In this document: positions 20,251 to 30,223 of the stretch, one piece after another
Layout: each line of letters opens with the position of its first letter
Numbering within the stretch: the first letter of the stretch is position 1
Virus record (IMG/VR): IMGVR_UViG_3300025121_000011
Location: 248,001 to 312,000 of that record
Length of the DNA stretch: 64,000 nucleotides
Reading direction: 5' to 3' (one strand)
Program-made: the position numbers and the translations under genes
The notes under the pieces: model-generated
What the model was told of the DNA's origin: nothing
Seen by the model: only the letters and a program-made list of their open reading frames with translations
Databases searched by the model: none

Positions 20251-21120
20251 GTGTGGTGTTCAACAACAGAAACCTTTTTGAATATACTAAGGTGTGAAGA
20301 TTTAAGGATGGATAACCTCAATAGGAGTAACTCAATGTCCAGTTCGTCTTTCGTCACGCTTATGTCTGTTGTTATCGACCCCGCTGATCTACCTGCCCTT
20401 TTTACCGAGTTGGAGGACACTGCTGATCGTGTATGGTTGTCCCGGACCTGTGTTTGTGACCGATACACAATTAGGGGCGTGCCAGCAAGGAGGGTCGATG
20501 TTGTAATCGAGAACCGTTTGTCGACGACTAACCTTGCTGAGATTGATCCTTGCGAACGAATTGTAATGTCGGTCGTGGAAAAGGCCGGGCGCTTCGATGG
20601 TGCCATTCGTTGGCGTCTGACAGTTCGTGTCGTGCGTAGCATGGACCTTGTGATCCGCGGTGCCGATGGGTGCGTAATCAATCCGATTCCCGGTGGCCGT
20701 CTTGATGTTGAGTTGACATCAAATGGTAAGTATGGGAGTGTTCGCGTGACTCTATCTGACGGTACCGGCATTCGGTGGGATCAGAGTTTCGTTCGTCTTC
20801 GCTCTGACCTCGGTGATTACAGTCCTGCTCGGCTTGTGATGTGGCATGCCAGGAGATACTATGGTTTTCTTTTAGCCTCTGATGAGGGCTATCAGGAAGT
20901 GGTTGCCCTTGCTGATTCTTGGAAGATTCCAGGAGAGGCGTCCACACTTGCGGAAGCGAATCGGGCTGCATCTCGTGAACTGTACCGTCTTGCCCGTAAT
21001 GGTGGATGGCGAAAGCTTACACTTAGGGAACGGACAAAGCTCGGTCTTTATGGTGAGGCACAGTGGATTCCTGAGAAGATCTATGCCCGCGCGCAGATGG
21101 AACATCGGATGGTAAGATAG
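20251..21120 (+). CDS. hypothetical cassette protein (true start may be downstream)
   Basis: 289-aa ORF after dyad and header; hairpin downstream. Confidence 0.65.
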   Translation: MWCSTTETFLNILRCEDLRMDNLNRSNSMSSSSFVTLMSVVIDPADLPALFTELEDTADRVWLSRTCVCDRYTIRGVPARRVDVVIENRLSTTNLAEIDPCERIVMSVVEKAGRFDGAIRWRLTVRVVRSMDLVIRGADGCVINPIPGGRLDVELTSNGKYGSVRVTLSDGTGIRWDQSFVRLRSDLGDYSPARLVMWHARRYYGFLLASDEGYQEVVALADSWKIPGEASTLAEANRAASRELYRLARNGGWRKLTLRERTKLGLYGEAQWIPEKIYARAQMEHRMVR

Positions 21121-21316
21121 CGGTAAAAGAGCAGGGAAGAAACGGGCCTCTTCCGGCCTGTTTCATTTATATGTCCATGTTGGCACAGTTTTTGCTTAAT
21201 GCAGTTATCGTGCCAATGCATACACAGGCGGCAAAAGATTAACAGCATCTTTAAAAATATATTCTTTCGAGTAATATAAGTCTGTAAGCATCTACACACT
21301 CAAGGGGAGAATACTG

Positions 21317-21505
21317 ATGAAATACTCTGTCTACTCCAGATCAGCGAGGTGGTGGAATGGCAAAAAGTGGGTAACCACTATGGAGGCGCTTAGCTTGCCG
21401 AAGAATGGTCAACTTTCTTCTGAGCGAGTATTTAAGACGCAAAAAGCGGCTCTTGCTGCGATCACATGTGAAGATCTTGATATTAGGATTACCAACCAAG
21501 GATAA
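21317..21505 (+). CDS. small basic hypothetical protein
   Basis: GGGGAG RBS after header. Confidence 0.55.
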   Translation: MKYSVYSRSARWWNGKKWVTTMEALSLPKNGQLSSERVFKTQKAALAAITCEDLDIRITNQG

Positions 21506-21507
21506 AC

Positions 21508-21708
21508 ATGCCCACACACACCACCTGCATAGAACTGATTCGTCGTCCGCATGAAGTGAATGTTCGTCCATGTGGTGGAACGATGCGAGAGTCGAGTGCG
21601 ATGATTCCAATCTATGCATCAAATCATAGAGGACATTGTATGCGACCAATCACATACAAACGAAAGACTGTATGGAAGTGTGTTCGATGTGGTCATAGTA
21701 TCGGATGA
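21508..21708 (+). CDS. small Cys/His-containing protein
   Basis: CVRCGH motif. Confidence 0.5.
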   Translation: MPTHTTCIELIRRPHEVNVRPCGGTMRESSAMIPIYASNHRGHCMRPITYKRKTVWKCVRCGHSIG

Positions 21709-21804
21709 TTCGCCGAAAGGCGGCAAAAAGTTAACTTCTCCTCTAAAAATATATTTTCCAAAGTAACTAAGGGCTGTAAGAAATCTTCAAACAGAGGGGC
21801 ACAC

Positions 21805-22107
21805 ATGCTCTGTCAATATCTGGTTCTCGATCCAGAAAACAACGATGCCACGATTGGAATGGTAAGTGAAGCAGAAATCTGGATTGTGCGGAATGAATAT
21901 GATATGTATCACACAGGCATCGCCTTGATTGATAGTGAAGTTCGGGAACGCGTAAGCGTGCAGGAACTTATTAAAGTGTGCGAGTCTTTGATTGCTTCTT
22001 TTAAAAAGACTTCAAACAATAGGGTGTCAGGATTAACACAAATGAGGGATTTTGTTGGTGATTTCAACCATCTGGCTGAACTGATGAATAAGTTGAAAGT
22101 TCTTTAG
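21805..22107 (+). CDS. hypothetical cassette protein
   Basis: Header and GAGGGG RBS. Confidence 0.65.
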   Translation: MLCQYLVLDPENNDATIGMVSEAEIWIVRNEYDMYHTGIALIDSEVRERVSVQELIKVCESLIASFKKTSNNRVSGLTQMRDFVGDFNHLAELMNKLKVL

Positions 22108-22176
22108 CCAACATTCGTATAACTTTTGATAAACTCTACAACCAAATCCATAACCCAACCAAACCAATAATCAGAG

Positions 22177-22491
22177 GTGATAATGATTTCTCGACGCATG
22201 GTTCGAAGTCTTTCTCTTAGTCAGGCTGAGAATGTTTACAATGTCTTTGCTGATCGAGCGGACGAACTGCGCTCAGATGCATTTGATGCGATTTCGGCCA
22301 TCAAGACTCCTGCTGGTATCAATGGATATACATTGATGGAACTTGTTGACATCGCTCGCGATATGAAGCAAATGGAGCAGGCATCTGAGCGTGTGGGTAC
22401 CGTTATCGACAACTGGGATACCGGTGGGATGCCTCCTCGCGATCCGAAGGGCAAGATGTCGAAGGAGCTTCAGAGTGAGCCTATCTGGTAA
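22177..22491 (+). CDS. hypothetical protein with NWDTGG motif
   Basis: Shares NWDTGGxPPR with 23093-23467. Confidence 0.65.
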   Translation: MIMISRRMVRSLSLSQAENVYNVFADRADELRSDAFDAISAIKTPAGINGYTLMELVDIARDMKQMEQASERVGTVIDNWDTGGMPPRDPKGKMSKELQSEPIW

Positions 22492-22494
22492 TAG

Positions 22495-22940
22495 AAAGTC
22501 GAGTGTATATACGATCGCGAAGGCTTAATGAAATGGTCGTGCTCGTAAATAGGATGTGCTTCAACTGTCAACATTAAACCTCCTATCTTTTCCGACTTAA
22601 AATAAGAATAACCGCTAATGGACCCCGTTAGTTCCGCACATAGGAGCGAGGGGAAGTGTTGAAAAAGTTAGCGGGTAAGAGCATTGATAAATCTGCTTGA
22701 AAGTAGCTGCCCTGAGAACACCGCGGGAAACAACCGCACCCATAAACATGGGAACGATGCGAACAACGATGCGGACAGGCAAGTAGATTATCATAAGCTC
22801 CCATCATCTTGTTAAGCGAAAAGTGGACCGGATGTGTAGATGGACGGGCACATAGAGTGTAGCCTCTTGATTTACCGGAAGCTTGTACAAGTATTAGGTT
22901 AAACTCTGAGAAGGCGGATGCTAATGTATCCGCTTTCTTC
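22495..22940 (+). ncRNA. candidate structured ncRNA
   Basis: About 440 nt ORF-free; 10-bp stem 22690-22699/22780-22789; terminator hairpin 22911-22936. Confidence 0.4.
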
Positions 22941-23092
22941 CTTATTTGTATTTTGGCACGATTTTTGCATTATGCAGTTCTTGTGCCAATGCATATGCTG
23001 GCGGCAAAAAGTTAACTTCTCCTCTAAAAATATATTTCCCAAAGTAATTAAGGGCTGTAAGATTCCTAAGAAAACAAAAGTAGGAGGATCAA

Positions 23093-23467
23093 ATGATTAC
23101 TCGGGCAATGCTTCTCGCTCTTCCTCGCCCTGTTGTTCAGACTCTTGGGGACCAGGTTAGTGTAGCGATTGACGGTGTGCAGACAAAAGCATTTGAAAAT
23201 CTGGTTTCGATCACCGGCAAATCTTCACATGATATCACCGCGGATGATCTCATTGCGCTGGCGGCTGCTGGAACTAAGCTTCGCACGCTTACACAAGCCG
23301 ATGAAAGGCTTAGTCTGCTTCTTGGCAACTGGGATACGGGCGGTCGTCCACCTCGAACGCATGGTGATGATATGACAGACGACCCCTCATGGGAAGGCGA
23401 CCCTGAGACGTTCTCGTCGCAGCCAGTAGACTACGAAGGCGAGTGGAGGGCAGGAGTGTGGCGATGA
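23093..23467 (+). CDS. hypothetical protein with NWDTGG motif
   Basis: GGAGG RBS; NWDTGGRPPR. Confidence 0.7.
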   Translation: MITRAMLLALPRPVVQTLGDQVSVAIDGVQTKAFENLVSITGKSSHDITADDLIALAAAGTKLRTLTQADERLSLLLGNWDTGGRPPRTHGDDMTDDPSWEGDPETFSSQPVDYEGEWRAGVWR

Positions 23468-23767
23468 AGACAAATCGAGACGACAGCCAGAGCGATTACA
23501 ACTATGATAGCAGACATGATAGCCGACGCCGACGGACGACGGAGGCGACGACGGCAGCACGACGACAGCGACAGGCCGAAAGAGAGGCGGACGATCGCCG
23601 GACGCTGGTCTTGATGATCGGACAGGAGAGATTTGACTCAGATATGGTCTCTACTGTAGAAAAGTAGTGGGAGTGTGCGTGCTAATGAATGAGTACACAG
23701 TGTTTGTTCAGTTTGTAGATGGATAAATCCCGGCGCCCGAACCGTATGCCGGGCAGAAGGAGTAGAT

Positions 23768-24259
23768 ATGATCATCGATTGGCCGTGGAATGGCGAAGAG
23801 TTGGCGTTTGCCCATCTTCCCAATGAGGTGGTCTACGCGTGTGAATGCGAAAACCGGACGGCGTACTTCGATGTCGCCGGCATCTGTATTTTGGTTTCTG
23901 GCAAATGTGACGTGTATAGGCGTACACCATACCAACTGTTCGTCTGGCGCCCCAATGCCGAAGATGCTGAATGGTGGCAAGATATATTTCGTCACGGAGT
24001 TGAAAACCGACTCCGGGGAGAATCTGATTTTGCCCAGCCCCGGTACATTGATCCCTCTAATCAAGTCGCAGAATGGGAAAAGGTTGAATGGCCTATTCCG
24101 CGGGAGTGGGTGGCGCATCTACCGCCCCCACTGGTACCTCGCACTTCTGACCCTCAATTTTACGGCGTGTTCGTCCTTTGTGATGATGAGTGTCACCAGC
24201 GCAAACTGTTGGAACGTTTCGCCGGAAATAAGTTTAAATGCCGTGCGTGGAACTTGTAA
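23768..24259 (+). CDS. hypothetical protein
   Basis: AGGAG RBS, 163 aa. Confidence 0.65.
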   Translation: MIIDWPWNGEELAFAHLPNEVVYACECENRTAYFDVAGICILVSGKCDVYRRTPYQLFVWRPNAEDAEWWQDIFRHGVENRLRGESDFAQPRYIDPSNQVAEWEKVEWPIPREWVAHLPPPLVPRTSDPQFYGVFVLCDDECHQRKLLERFAGNKFKCRAWNL

Positions 24260-24453
24260 GGAGAAAACATACAAGTGTTCACTCATCGACTCTGGCGGTA
24301 AAAACATTACATGTATATGCATTGGCATAGTTTTTGCTTAATGCATGTATTGTGCCACCACGATTCCAAACACCGCCTGGCGGCAAAAGATTTACTATAA
24401 CTCTAAAAATATATTCTTTGCAGTAACTAAGGATTACATACAAACATCAAGAG

Positions 24454-25308
24454 ATGAAAAAAATGCCTATTTCTCATATAACCTCAGAAGAGACCGCAGA
24501 AAATATACGAAGGATTTTCACGGATCGTGTTGGCAAGATTCGTGCATCTACTTCGGAACTCTGTGGGTTTGTCGACTCGCCCGCCAAAACAGCGAAGATG
24601 TTTGGATTCAATCTTGAAGATGATCGCATCTATAGCGATGACGAGTGGTATGACCTCTGTGATGTAATATTTTACGTCCGAGATATGACAGAGCTATTCA
24701 GGCGTACCACGGGCCTTCTCTCTGGTTGTAACTCTGATGCTGCATTGATGCTCTCTTTCTATGAGATCAGACTCCTGGCCAATATGCTGCGGTCTCCGAA
24801 AGTTGCACTGATGGTGCTGGCTTACATTTACAATGGAGCAATCAATCACGAACTTATGGCGATGTCCTATCTCACGGAGATTGGAAAGTGCGTAACCGGA
24901 ACCGTGGATTGTAAGGCCAACGCTTTCGCAGATGCGGCGTACCTCCTTGGGAACCATGCGGCTAAGCTTCTCGGGAGGAAGATGCCTGATCCGCTGGAGG
25001 GGCAGAGCCAGCAGAGCCACAGGTGGGCGAGTGTGGAAGAGATTCGTCAGTATGAAGATCGGATGCATGAGAAGTTTCTAAACATCACGCATTCTGCTCT
25101 CGAAAACCTCGTTGGTGTTAGCGGCCTAAAGGAAGGAGGACGCGTGTTCATCTTCAAGAGTAATGACTTGCCAGAGTTTTTGTGGGGGAAGAATGGTACA
25201 ATCCTTGGTAAAGATGGAGATGACAGTTATTGGATTACACTGGCTCATCCTGGTCCCCAGGGTGAGACTGAATGGCTGATAGATTATCATTACTTTAGAA
25301 CGCTGTGA
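24454..25308 (+). CDS. hypothetical cassette protein
   Basis: 284-aa ORF after dyad and header. Confidence 0.7.
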   Translation: MKKMPISHITSEETAENIRRIFTDRVGKIRASTSELCGFVDSPAKTAKMFGFNLEDDRIYSDDEWYDLCDVIFYVRDMTELFRRTTGLLSGCNSDAALMLSFYEIRLLANMLRSPKVALMVLAYIYNGAINHELMAMSYLTEIGKCVTGTVDCKANAFADAAYLLGNHAAKLLGRKMPDPLEGQSQQSHRWASVEEIRQYEDRMHEKFLNITHSALENLVGVSGLKEGGRVFIFKSNDLPEFLWGKNGTILGKDGDDSYWITLAHPGPQGETEWLIDYHYFRTL

Positions 25309-25465
25309 GAACGCTTCCATAGACATTCAAATGTATCTGGGCTCATATGAGCCCAAGGCGGTAAAAGATTTACAGCATCTCTAAAAATATATTCCTCATA
25401 GTAAGTAATAGGCAAATGTTTATAAATCCGCCTCATTAAAGTGAAGCATACATAGGGAGATTATC

Positions 25466-25783
25466 ATGTTTGATATTTGTCCAGGTTGTGGTTCTAATCA
25501 GAAAGGTGAACCGATTCCCGAGAAACTCAAACATACCGAGGCGTGTGGTGAAGGTCCATACTTCGGAAAAGAAGGCACCTGTGTAGATCCGGATCATCAT
25601 TGTTATGGAAAAGAACAGGAGTATTTCTATCGTAGCGTTGGATATTATGCTTGTGATGTTACGTTGTTTTCCTTCTGTCCGGATTGTAAGATTGCATGGC
25701 ATCGTTTTCTAAAGGGCGATTACTATTGGTATCTGGCTGCCAGGTACATGCAAGACGAGGGATATAAAGTCCATGACGAGTAA
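25466..25783 (+). CDS. Cys-rich (zinc-ribbon-like) protein
   Basis: CPGC...CPDC motifs; GGGAG RBS. Confidence 0.6.
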   Translation: MFDICPGCGSNQKGEPIPEKLKHTEACGEGPYFGKEGTCVDPDHHCYGKEQEYFYRSVGYYACDVTLFSFCPDCKIAWHRFLKGDYYWYLAARYMQDEGYKVHDE

Positions 25784-25845
25784 AATACTGGTCGGATTTG
25801 TTCTGGTTGCAGTTGTTTCTGGTCTTATAATGGAGGGAGTGTGTC

Positions 25846-26061
25846 ATGCCTTCTCAAGAAGAACTCCTCGTGACTAACGGAACAGTCCAAGTTCAAGCTC
25901 GAATATGCGGACATCGCTACATGGTAATGAGCACGCCAGTCCAGTGGTCAACATACATCTGTCGGATTTGCGGCCTGATGACAGACCTGATGGTTGTGCC
26001 TATGGAAATGCGTATTCAACAGGCAAGACTTGAGAAAAGAAACGCGCACAAAGCTCAGTAA
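25846..26061 (+). CDS. small zinc-ribbon-like protein
   Basis: CGH...CRIC; GGAGG RBS. Confidence 0.55.
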   Translation: MPSQEELLVTNGTVQVQARICGHRYMVMSTPVQWSTYICRICGLMTDLMVVPMEMRIQQARLEKRNAHKAQ

Positions 26062-26085
26062 TCTCAAAAGCATCTTCTGTGTATT

Positions 26086-26307
26086 GTGCGTTTAGGATTT
26101 TCTGGTAGAAATAACTCGTGCGAAAGCATATGGAGACAACTCATGAACTATGGAAGTAAAGCGAACAAAGAAAGCATCAAAGCTATTGCTGTTGTTTTGG
26201 TAATGTTTTTTGGTGTTGCGGGCATCTTGTATGCCAGTTGGACTTGGGCAGAGTTTACATACGGAGATGGCACTTGTGCCTTTTCTGATTGTGTAAAACT
26301 CAAGTAA
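26086..26307 (+). CDS. small membrane protein (likely start at ATG about 26143)
   Basis: One hydrophobic helix. Confidence 0.5.
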   Translation: MRLGFSGRNNSCESIWRQLMNYGSKANKESIKAIAVVLVMFFGVAGILYASWTWAEFTYGDGTCAFSDCVKLK

Positions 26308-26535
26308 TCAGTCTTTACTAAGAAAAGGTAGGTACATAATCCTGTGGCTCGAACAGCGCTCCGCCGGATTTATGCATGCCCGCTATCTTAGTATTTAAAG
26401 ATTTTTGGTATAATATCTTGGCATAATTTTTGCTTAATGCAATATGTATGCCACCCTTTTCAAGGCGGCAAAAACTTAACTATAACTCTAAAAATATATC
26501 TGTTAGAGTAAGTATTATACAAAGGAGAGATTCAA

Positions 26536-26816
26536 TGATTACTGCATATTTTATTTATTGTTCTACTGGTTGCTCATGCTGTTCGTATGACAACCATTTC
26601 AGCGGGCCTTTTTCTACGCGAGAGATTGCAGAGAAGATGAGGCAGGAGTTTATTGATGGTAGGAAGTTGTCCAGCCAGTTTTCTGTAGCTGGCAGATACT
26701 TAATCGAGGAAGAAGAAGCTGAACAGCTTTTAGATGGAAGGCTGATTATCAATGATCGAGTTTTTCCTGGATGGGCTGATGACGATGGGTGGAAAGAGGC
26801 ATTCAAAGAGTGGTAA
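26536..26816 (+). CDS. hypothetical cassette protein
   Basis: ATG at 26536 after AGGAG; the ORF-track extension overlaps the header. Confidence 0.6.
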
Positions 26817-26831
26817 TCGGAGGATTGTTCG

Positions 26832-27044
26832 ATGGGTAAGAAGATTAAGCATAGTGGTCAAAACACTGAAGAAGTAGATCGAGCTACTGCTCAGCGAGGC
26901 CAAGATCGCAAAACTCATTTTAAGGAAGGCGGATCAACTGAGGAGTGGACCGGAACCCATCGGGTTCATGATTCCCGTCCTCGTGGTTCGCGAAACCGAA
27001 GAGATTTGAGAGAACAAGCCATTCGTGAGAGCGCAGAGGAGTAG
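26832..27044 (+). CDS. small basic hypothetical protein
   Basis: GGAGG RBS. Confidence 0.6.
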   Translation: MGKKIKHSGQNTEEVDRATAQRGQDRKTHFKEGGSTEEWTGTHRVHDSRPRGSRNRRDLREQAIRESAEE

Positions 27045-27046
27045 TC

Positions 27047-27316
27047 ATGAAAGACGCGAGCATTATCAGGCTGAAGAAAGAACTTGAAATGCTTGCGCGC
27101 AGGCGGCATGCATTGGAAGGGCATCGACTTCTTGCAAATGTTTTAGAAAGCATTAGACGATATGAAGATGAAACAGGAGATGTAGTGAGATGTTCCCTTG
27201 AATTTGTCGCTGAGCAAGATCAAGATTCTGTACGGCATGAATGGATTGGTGGCGGATTTAAGGCTGAGCCCCAATGGTATCTGCAAAAGAATCATGTTGT
27301 TTTAGAAGAGATATGA
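27047..27316 (+). CDS. hypothetical protein
   Basis: Translationally coupled in operon. Confidence 0.6.
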   Translation: MKDASIIRLKKELEMLARRRHALEGHRLLANVLESIRRYEDETGDVVRCSLEFVAEQDQDSVRHEWIGGGFKAEPQWYLQKNHVVLEEI

Positions 27317-27555
27317 GCATGCAAGTACAAGTAGCTCTACCCAAAACAGAGGAAGAGATTCTCGCCTATCTTCAGGGATTGCAACCTGGAGAGAGAGTGA
27401 GAGAAACTGGTAATTCTATGACAAATCAAGAAGGCGATGTCTCCATCAATGGACGTGGAAGCGTCTGTGTACTTTGGGATCCATTTGAAGATGGGAACCG
27501 GATGGGGACATCTATAACTTATGGCACACGAAGAGTGTCTGATCTAGAGGAATAG
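27274..27555 (+). CDS. hypothetical protein (likely start about 27313)
   Basis: Coupled to the previous stop. Confidence 0.55.
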   Translation: MVSAKESCCFRRDMSMQVQVALPKTEEEILAYLQGLQPGERVRETGNSMTNQEGDVSINGRGSVCVLWDPFEDGNRMGTSITYGTRRVSDLEE

Positions 27556-27644
27556 TATGTGATCGCAATAAATTAGAGTTAAAATGTTCGCAGGCGGCAA
27601 AAACTTAACTGCATCTCTAAAAAAATATTCTACATAGTAATATA

Positions 27645-28590
27645 GGGCTGTGAGAGGAGCTAACTTGAAGGGCTAAAGAGTTTGTGGTGATGATAGTGTT
27701 AGTTGAGTTAACTTCTTTCACAGGACCTGGAGACTTCTCGGAAATATTTAAGATGGTATCATAACCGACTGGCAGGGAGCCGCACGGCAACAAAGGGCGT
27801 TCACCTTAGGGTGGGGGTCTGCCAAAATGATCAAGCCAAGCCTTGCAGGTAGGAGTGACCGGCGAAACTCCCGTAACCTGAGTAGGAGAATGGCAAGACG
27901 TGAGGGACATGCAGTCGACCCTTAGGGATACGATAATCCCCATTTTTTAACATCGTTACAAATAAGTGTTTATTGAGTTTCACCAGTATCTCGGATAAAG
28001 GCGATGTTAAAGTTAAAACTGGTACTTGTTCTTAGCGGATCCCCGGCTCCGCGTTTGCCCAGAGGAAAGCCGAGAGACGTATAGTTTCTAACGGGTAGGC
28101 AGCATCGCAAGAGTGCCTGATAAAAAGAGGTTATCGGTGGTTGGCTTAGAGGCAGCCATCCTTAATGAGTGAGACGATTGCCCCAAGGCGCAAAATGTCG
28201 GTAAGTGGTAACAGCTATGCCGATGATGTACCGGGGATAAACAGGGAAAGTGAAAGGCACCCCGTAACTGGTAAGGCCAATCTTCTCTTCAGCGTAATAG
28301 CACGCCGATATAATCTCTTTTAGGTAGGTCCACATGGAATAGCCAAGCGCTATGGGATCGAATATTATCGCATTTGGGAATGGTACTCTCCCGCTGGTTG
28401 TACCACCTTCTTAAGCGTCAGACATTTACAATGCATAATGCCGGTTAATTTTGCCGGTTAAAGTTGTGAATGTAGAAAACACTTGTATATATAAGAACAC
28501 AAGCAGTGACGTAAGTCTGTGATGATTCTATGCAGACACTCTATCATAAATTATAAAAGATGCGCAGCTTTAAAGCTGCGCATCTTCATT
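27645..28590 (+). ncRNA. large structured ncRNA containing a 23S rRNA GTPase-associated-centre-like domain
   Basis: About 940-nt ORF-free unit between a header (27594) and a terminator (about 28556-28586). Contains GGTTGGCTTAGAGGCAGCCATC (H43-like) and AGCGTAATAGC (H44 loop-like), closed by stem 28132-28139/28303-28310. Confidence 0.65.
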
Positions 28591-28733
28591 TATGTGTTGG
28601 CACAGGAAATGCATTATGCAAAAATCATGCCAGTTAATTATTGTGCAAAAATCAACGTCTCCGGCGGCAAAAACTTAACTTCTCTTCTAAAAAAATATTC
28701 TATAGAGTAACATAGGGCTGTAGGAGAAACCAA

Positions 28734-28979
28734 ATGCCTTCCATCGATTATTCGGTATATATGAGGACCAGGTTACTGGACAAGGTAACCATGGCACAGC
28801 TGATAAAGGTTTGTAAAGATCGACAAGATCTGACCGTTACTCAGGAAGGTGACGATATCTTTCGTGTCTATCTTGATGTTCCAGGAAATCTGAACGCTGT
28901 TAGGATTTTGGAAGCGATTCATCGCGCAGATCGTTGGTGGGATGTAGCTTATGATCTTCGTTTCATGAAAAGCCTATAA
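28734..28979 (+). CDS. hypothetical cassette protein
   Basis: Dyad, header and AGGAG RBS. Confidence 0.65.
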   Translation: MPSIDYSVYMRTRLLDKVTMAQLIKVCKDRQDLTVTQEGDDIFRVYLDVPGNLNAVRILEAIHRADRWWDVAYDLRFMKSL

Positions 28980-29003
28980 TACAATCTTGTATCAGGAGGA
29001 AAG

Positions 29004-29264
29004 ATGAAATTTCTTTCAAGTCTTTTCAACAAGCTTTTTGGTCGTCCTGCCGCTGAAATGTATCTTCATCGAATGACGACGGCTATCTTGGATGAAGAGT
29101 TACAAGCGATGAATTATCGGGCTTGTCTTGAACATTCCGGTATGGATATTGATACATTCTGTGAGAAAAACAAGTGTAGTCGTCAATCAATCATCAACGG
29201 ATGGACGAGAGTATACGGTTCTCCTCCTTCATGGATGAATAAATCTGATTTCATTGGAGAATAA
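29004..29264 (+). CDS. hypothetical protein
   Basis: AGGAGG RBS. Confidence 0.65.
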   Translation: MKFLSSLFNKLFGRPAAEMYLHRMTTAILDEELQAMNYRACLEHSGMDIDTFCEKNKCSRQSIINGWTRVYGSPPSWMNKSDFIGE

Positions 29265-29637
29265 TCACATGACAATTCCAAAGCCGAATTATACCGACAT
29301 TAGGCGTCAAAGGGAAGCGTTGGAGCTTGCTGTTAAACTCCGAAGGCAAAGAGAGGCGGACGAGCTTAAAGCCGGTCTTGAAAGACAGGAAGCGGAAAGA
29401 AACAATGAGTGCTTTGAAGAGCGTGTGCGTTGCGCCATTCAGGAGGGTATTGGAGACGCAATCACAAGAGGGGTTCCGACCTTCCATGTTCGAGTTGGAA
29501 ATGTTGATCCCCTTAGTCTTATAGATCTGGCAAACTGGGGACATCAGATTACCTGCTATGGATTTAGGGTGTGCTTTTCGGCTCTCGATAAATGTAACCC
29601 TCCAAATGGAGTTGTGTTTACAGTTTCTGTTGAATAA
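29254..29637 (+). CDS. coiled-coil hypothetical protein
   Basis: Operon position. Confidence 0.6.
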   Translation: MENNHMTIPKPNYTDIRRQREALELAVKLRRQREADELKAGLERQEAERNNECFEERVRCAIQEGIGDAITRGVPTFHVRVGNVDPLSLIDLANWGHQITCYGFRVCFSALDKCNPPNGVVFTVSVE

Positions 29638-29660
29638 ATATAAATGGAGATAGACAAATC

Positions 29661-30038
29661 ATGCCTGATTCTTTGGATCTTGCCCTACAACAGATTCGCG
29701 ACACTTTATGTGTAAGCGGGGATACACATCCCCTTTCACTGGATATCACATTTCAACTTGAAGTAGAGCGCGGAAATAAAGTTGAGGATAATGATTGGAC
29801 TATTACATCTCTGGGTGTAGTTGAGGTTTCTTTGCCGCTTAACCGCTTTCTTTGCGGCAAGATGAGTCGTCCAGACTGGATGACAGAAAGCCAATGGCAA
29901 GCATTTGCCATAGTTCAATACGAAACAACCGAAGATCCAGAGTTCAGAGAAAGTTTAGATCATGCTCTGAATTCTCTTCTCTCAGAACCACACACAGAAG
30001 AAGAAGTTTCAAAGTTTCTTGCAACATTTAACCAATAG
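29661..30038 (+). CDS. hypothetical protein
   Basis: GGAG RBS. Confidence 0.6.
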   Translation: MPDSLDLALQQIRDTLCVSGDTHPLSLDITFQLEVERGNKVEDNDWTITSLGVVEVSLPLNRFLCGKMSRPDWMTESQWQAFAIVQYETTEDPEFRESLDHALNSLLSEPHTEEEVSKFLATFNQ

Positions 30039-30223
30039 GGGTTTTATCATGGTCAAGGTTCTTGTATCAATCTGTTTCGGGTTTTGTCTTGGTGTGGCTA
30101 CTTGTGTCTTTGCAAGTGAGGTGGTTTCTTCACAAGTTCACAAGGTGGATGCGGCTGTGACCGCATATCAGAAGTAAGGAGTCCGAAGAGTAACAGCAGT
30201 CGTCTATACATGTATGTAAGTAT

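Noticed and set aside
28060-28080. RNase P RNA (GAGGAAAG P4-like 5' strand)
   Set aside because: No matching 3' P4 strand (ACARAAxxCGGCUUA-like) was found downstream.
28120-28320. A genuine 23S rRNA gene or host contamination
   Set aside because: The rRNA-like segments are short, out of order and embedded in a phage cassette with phage header and terminator; there is no continuous rRNA homology.
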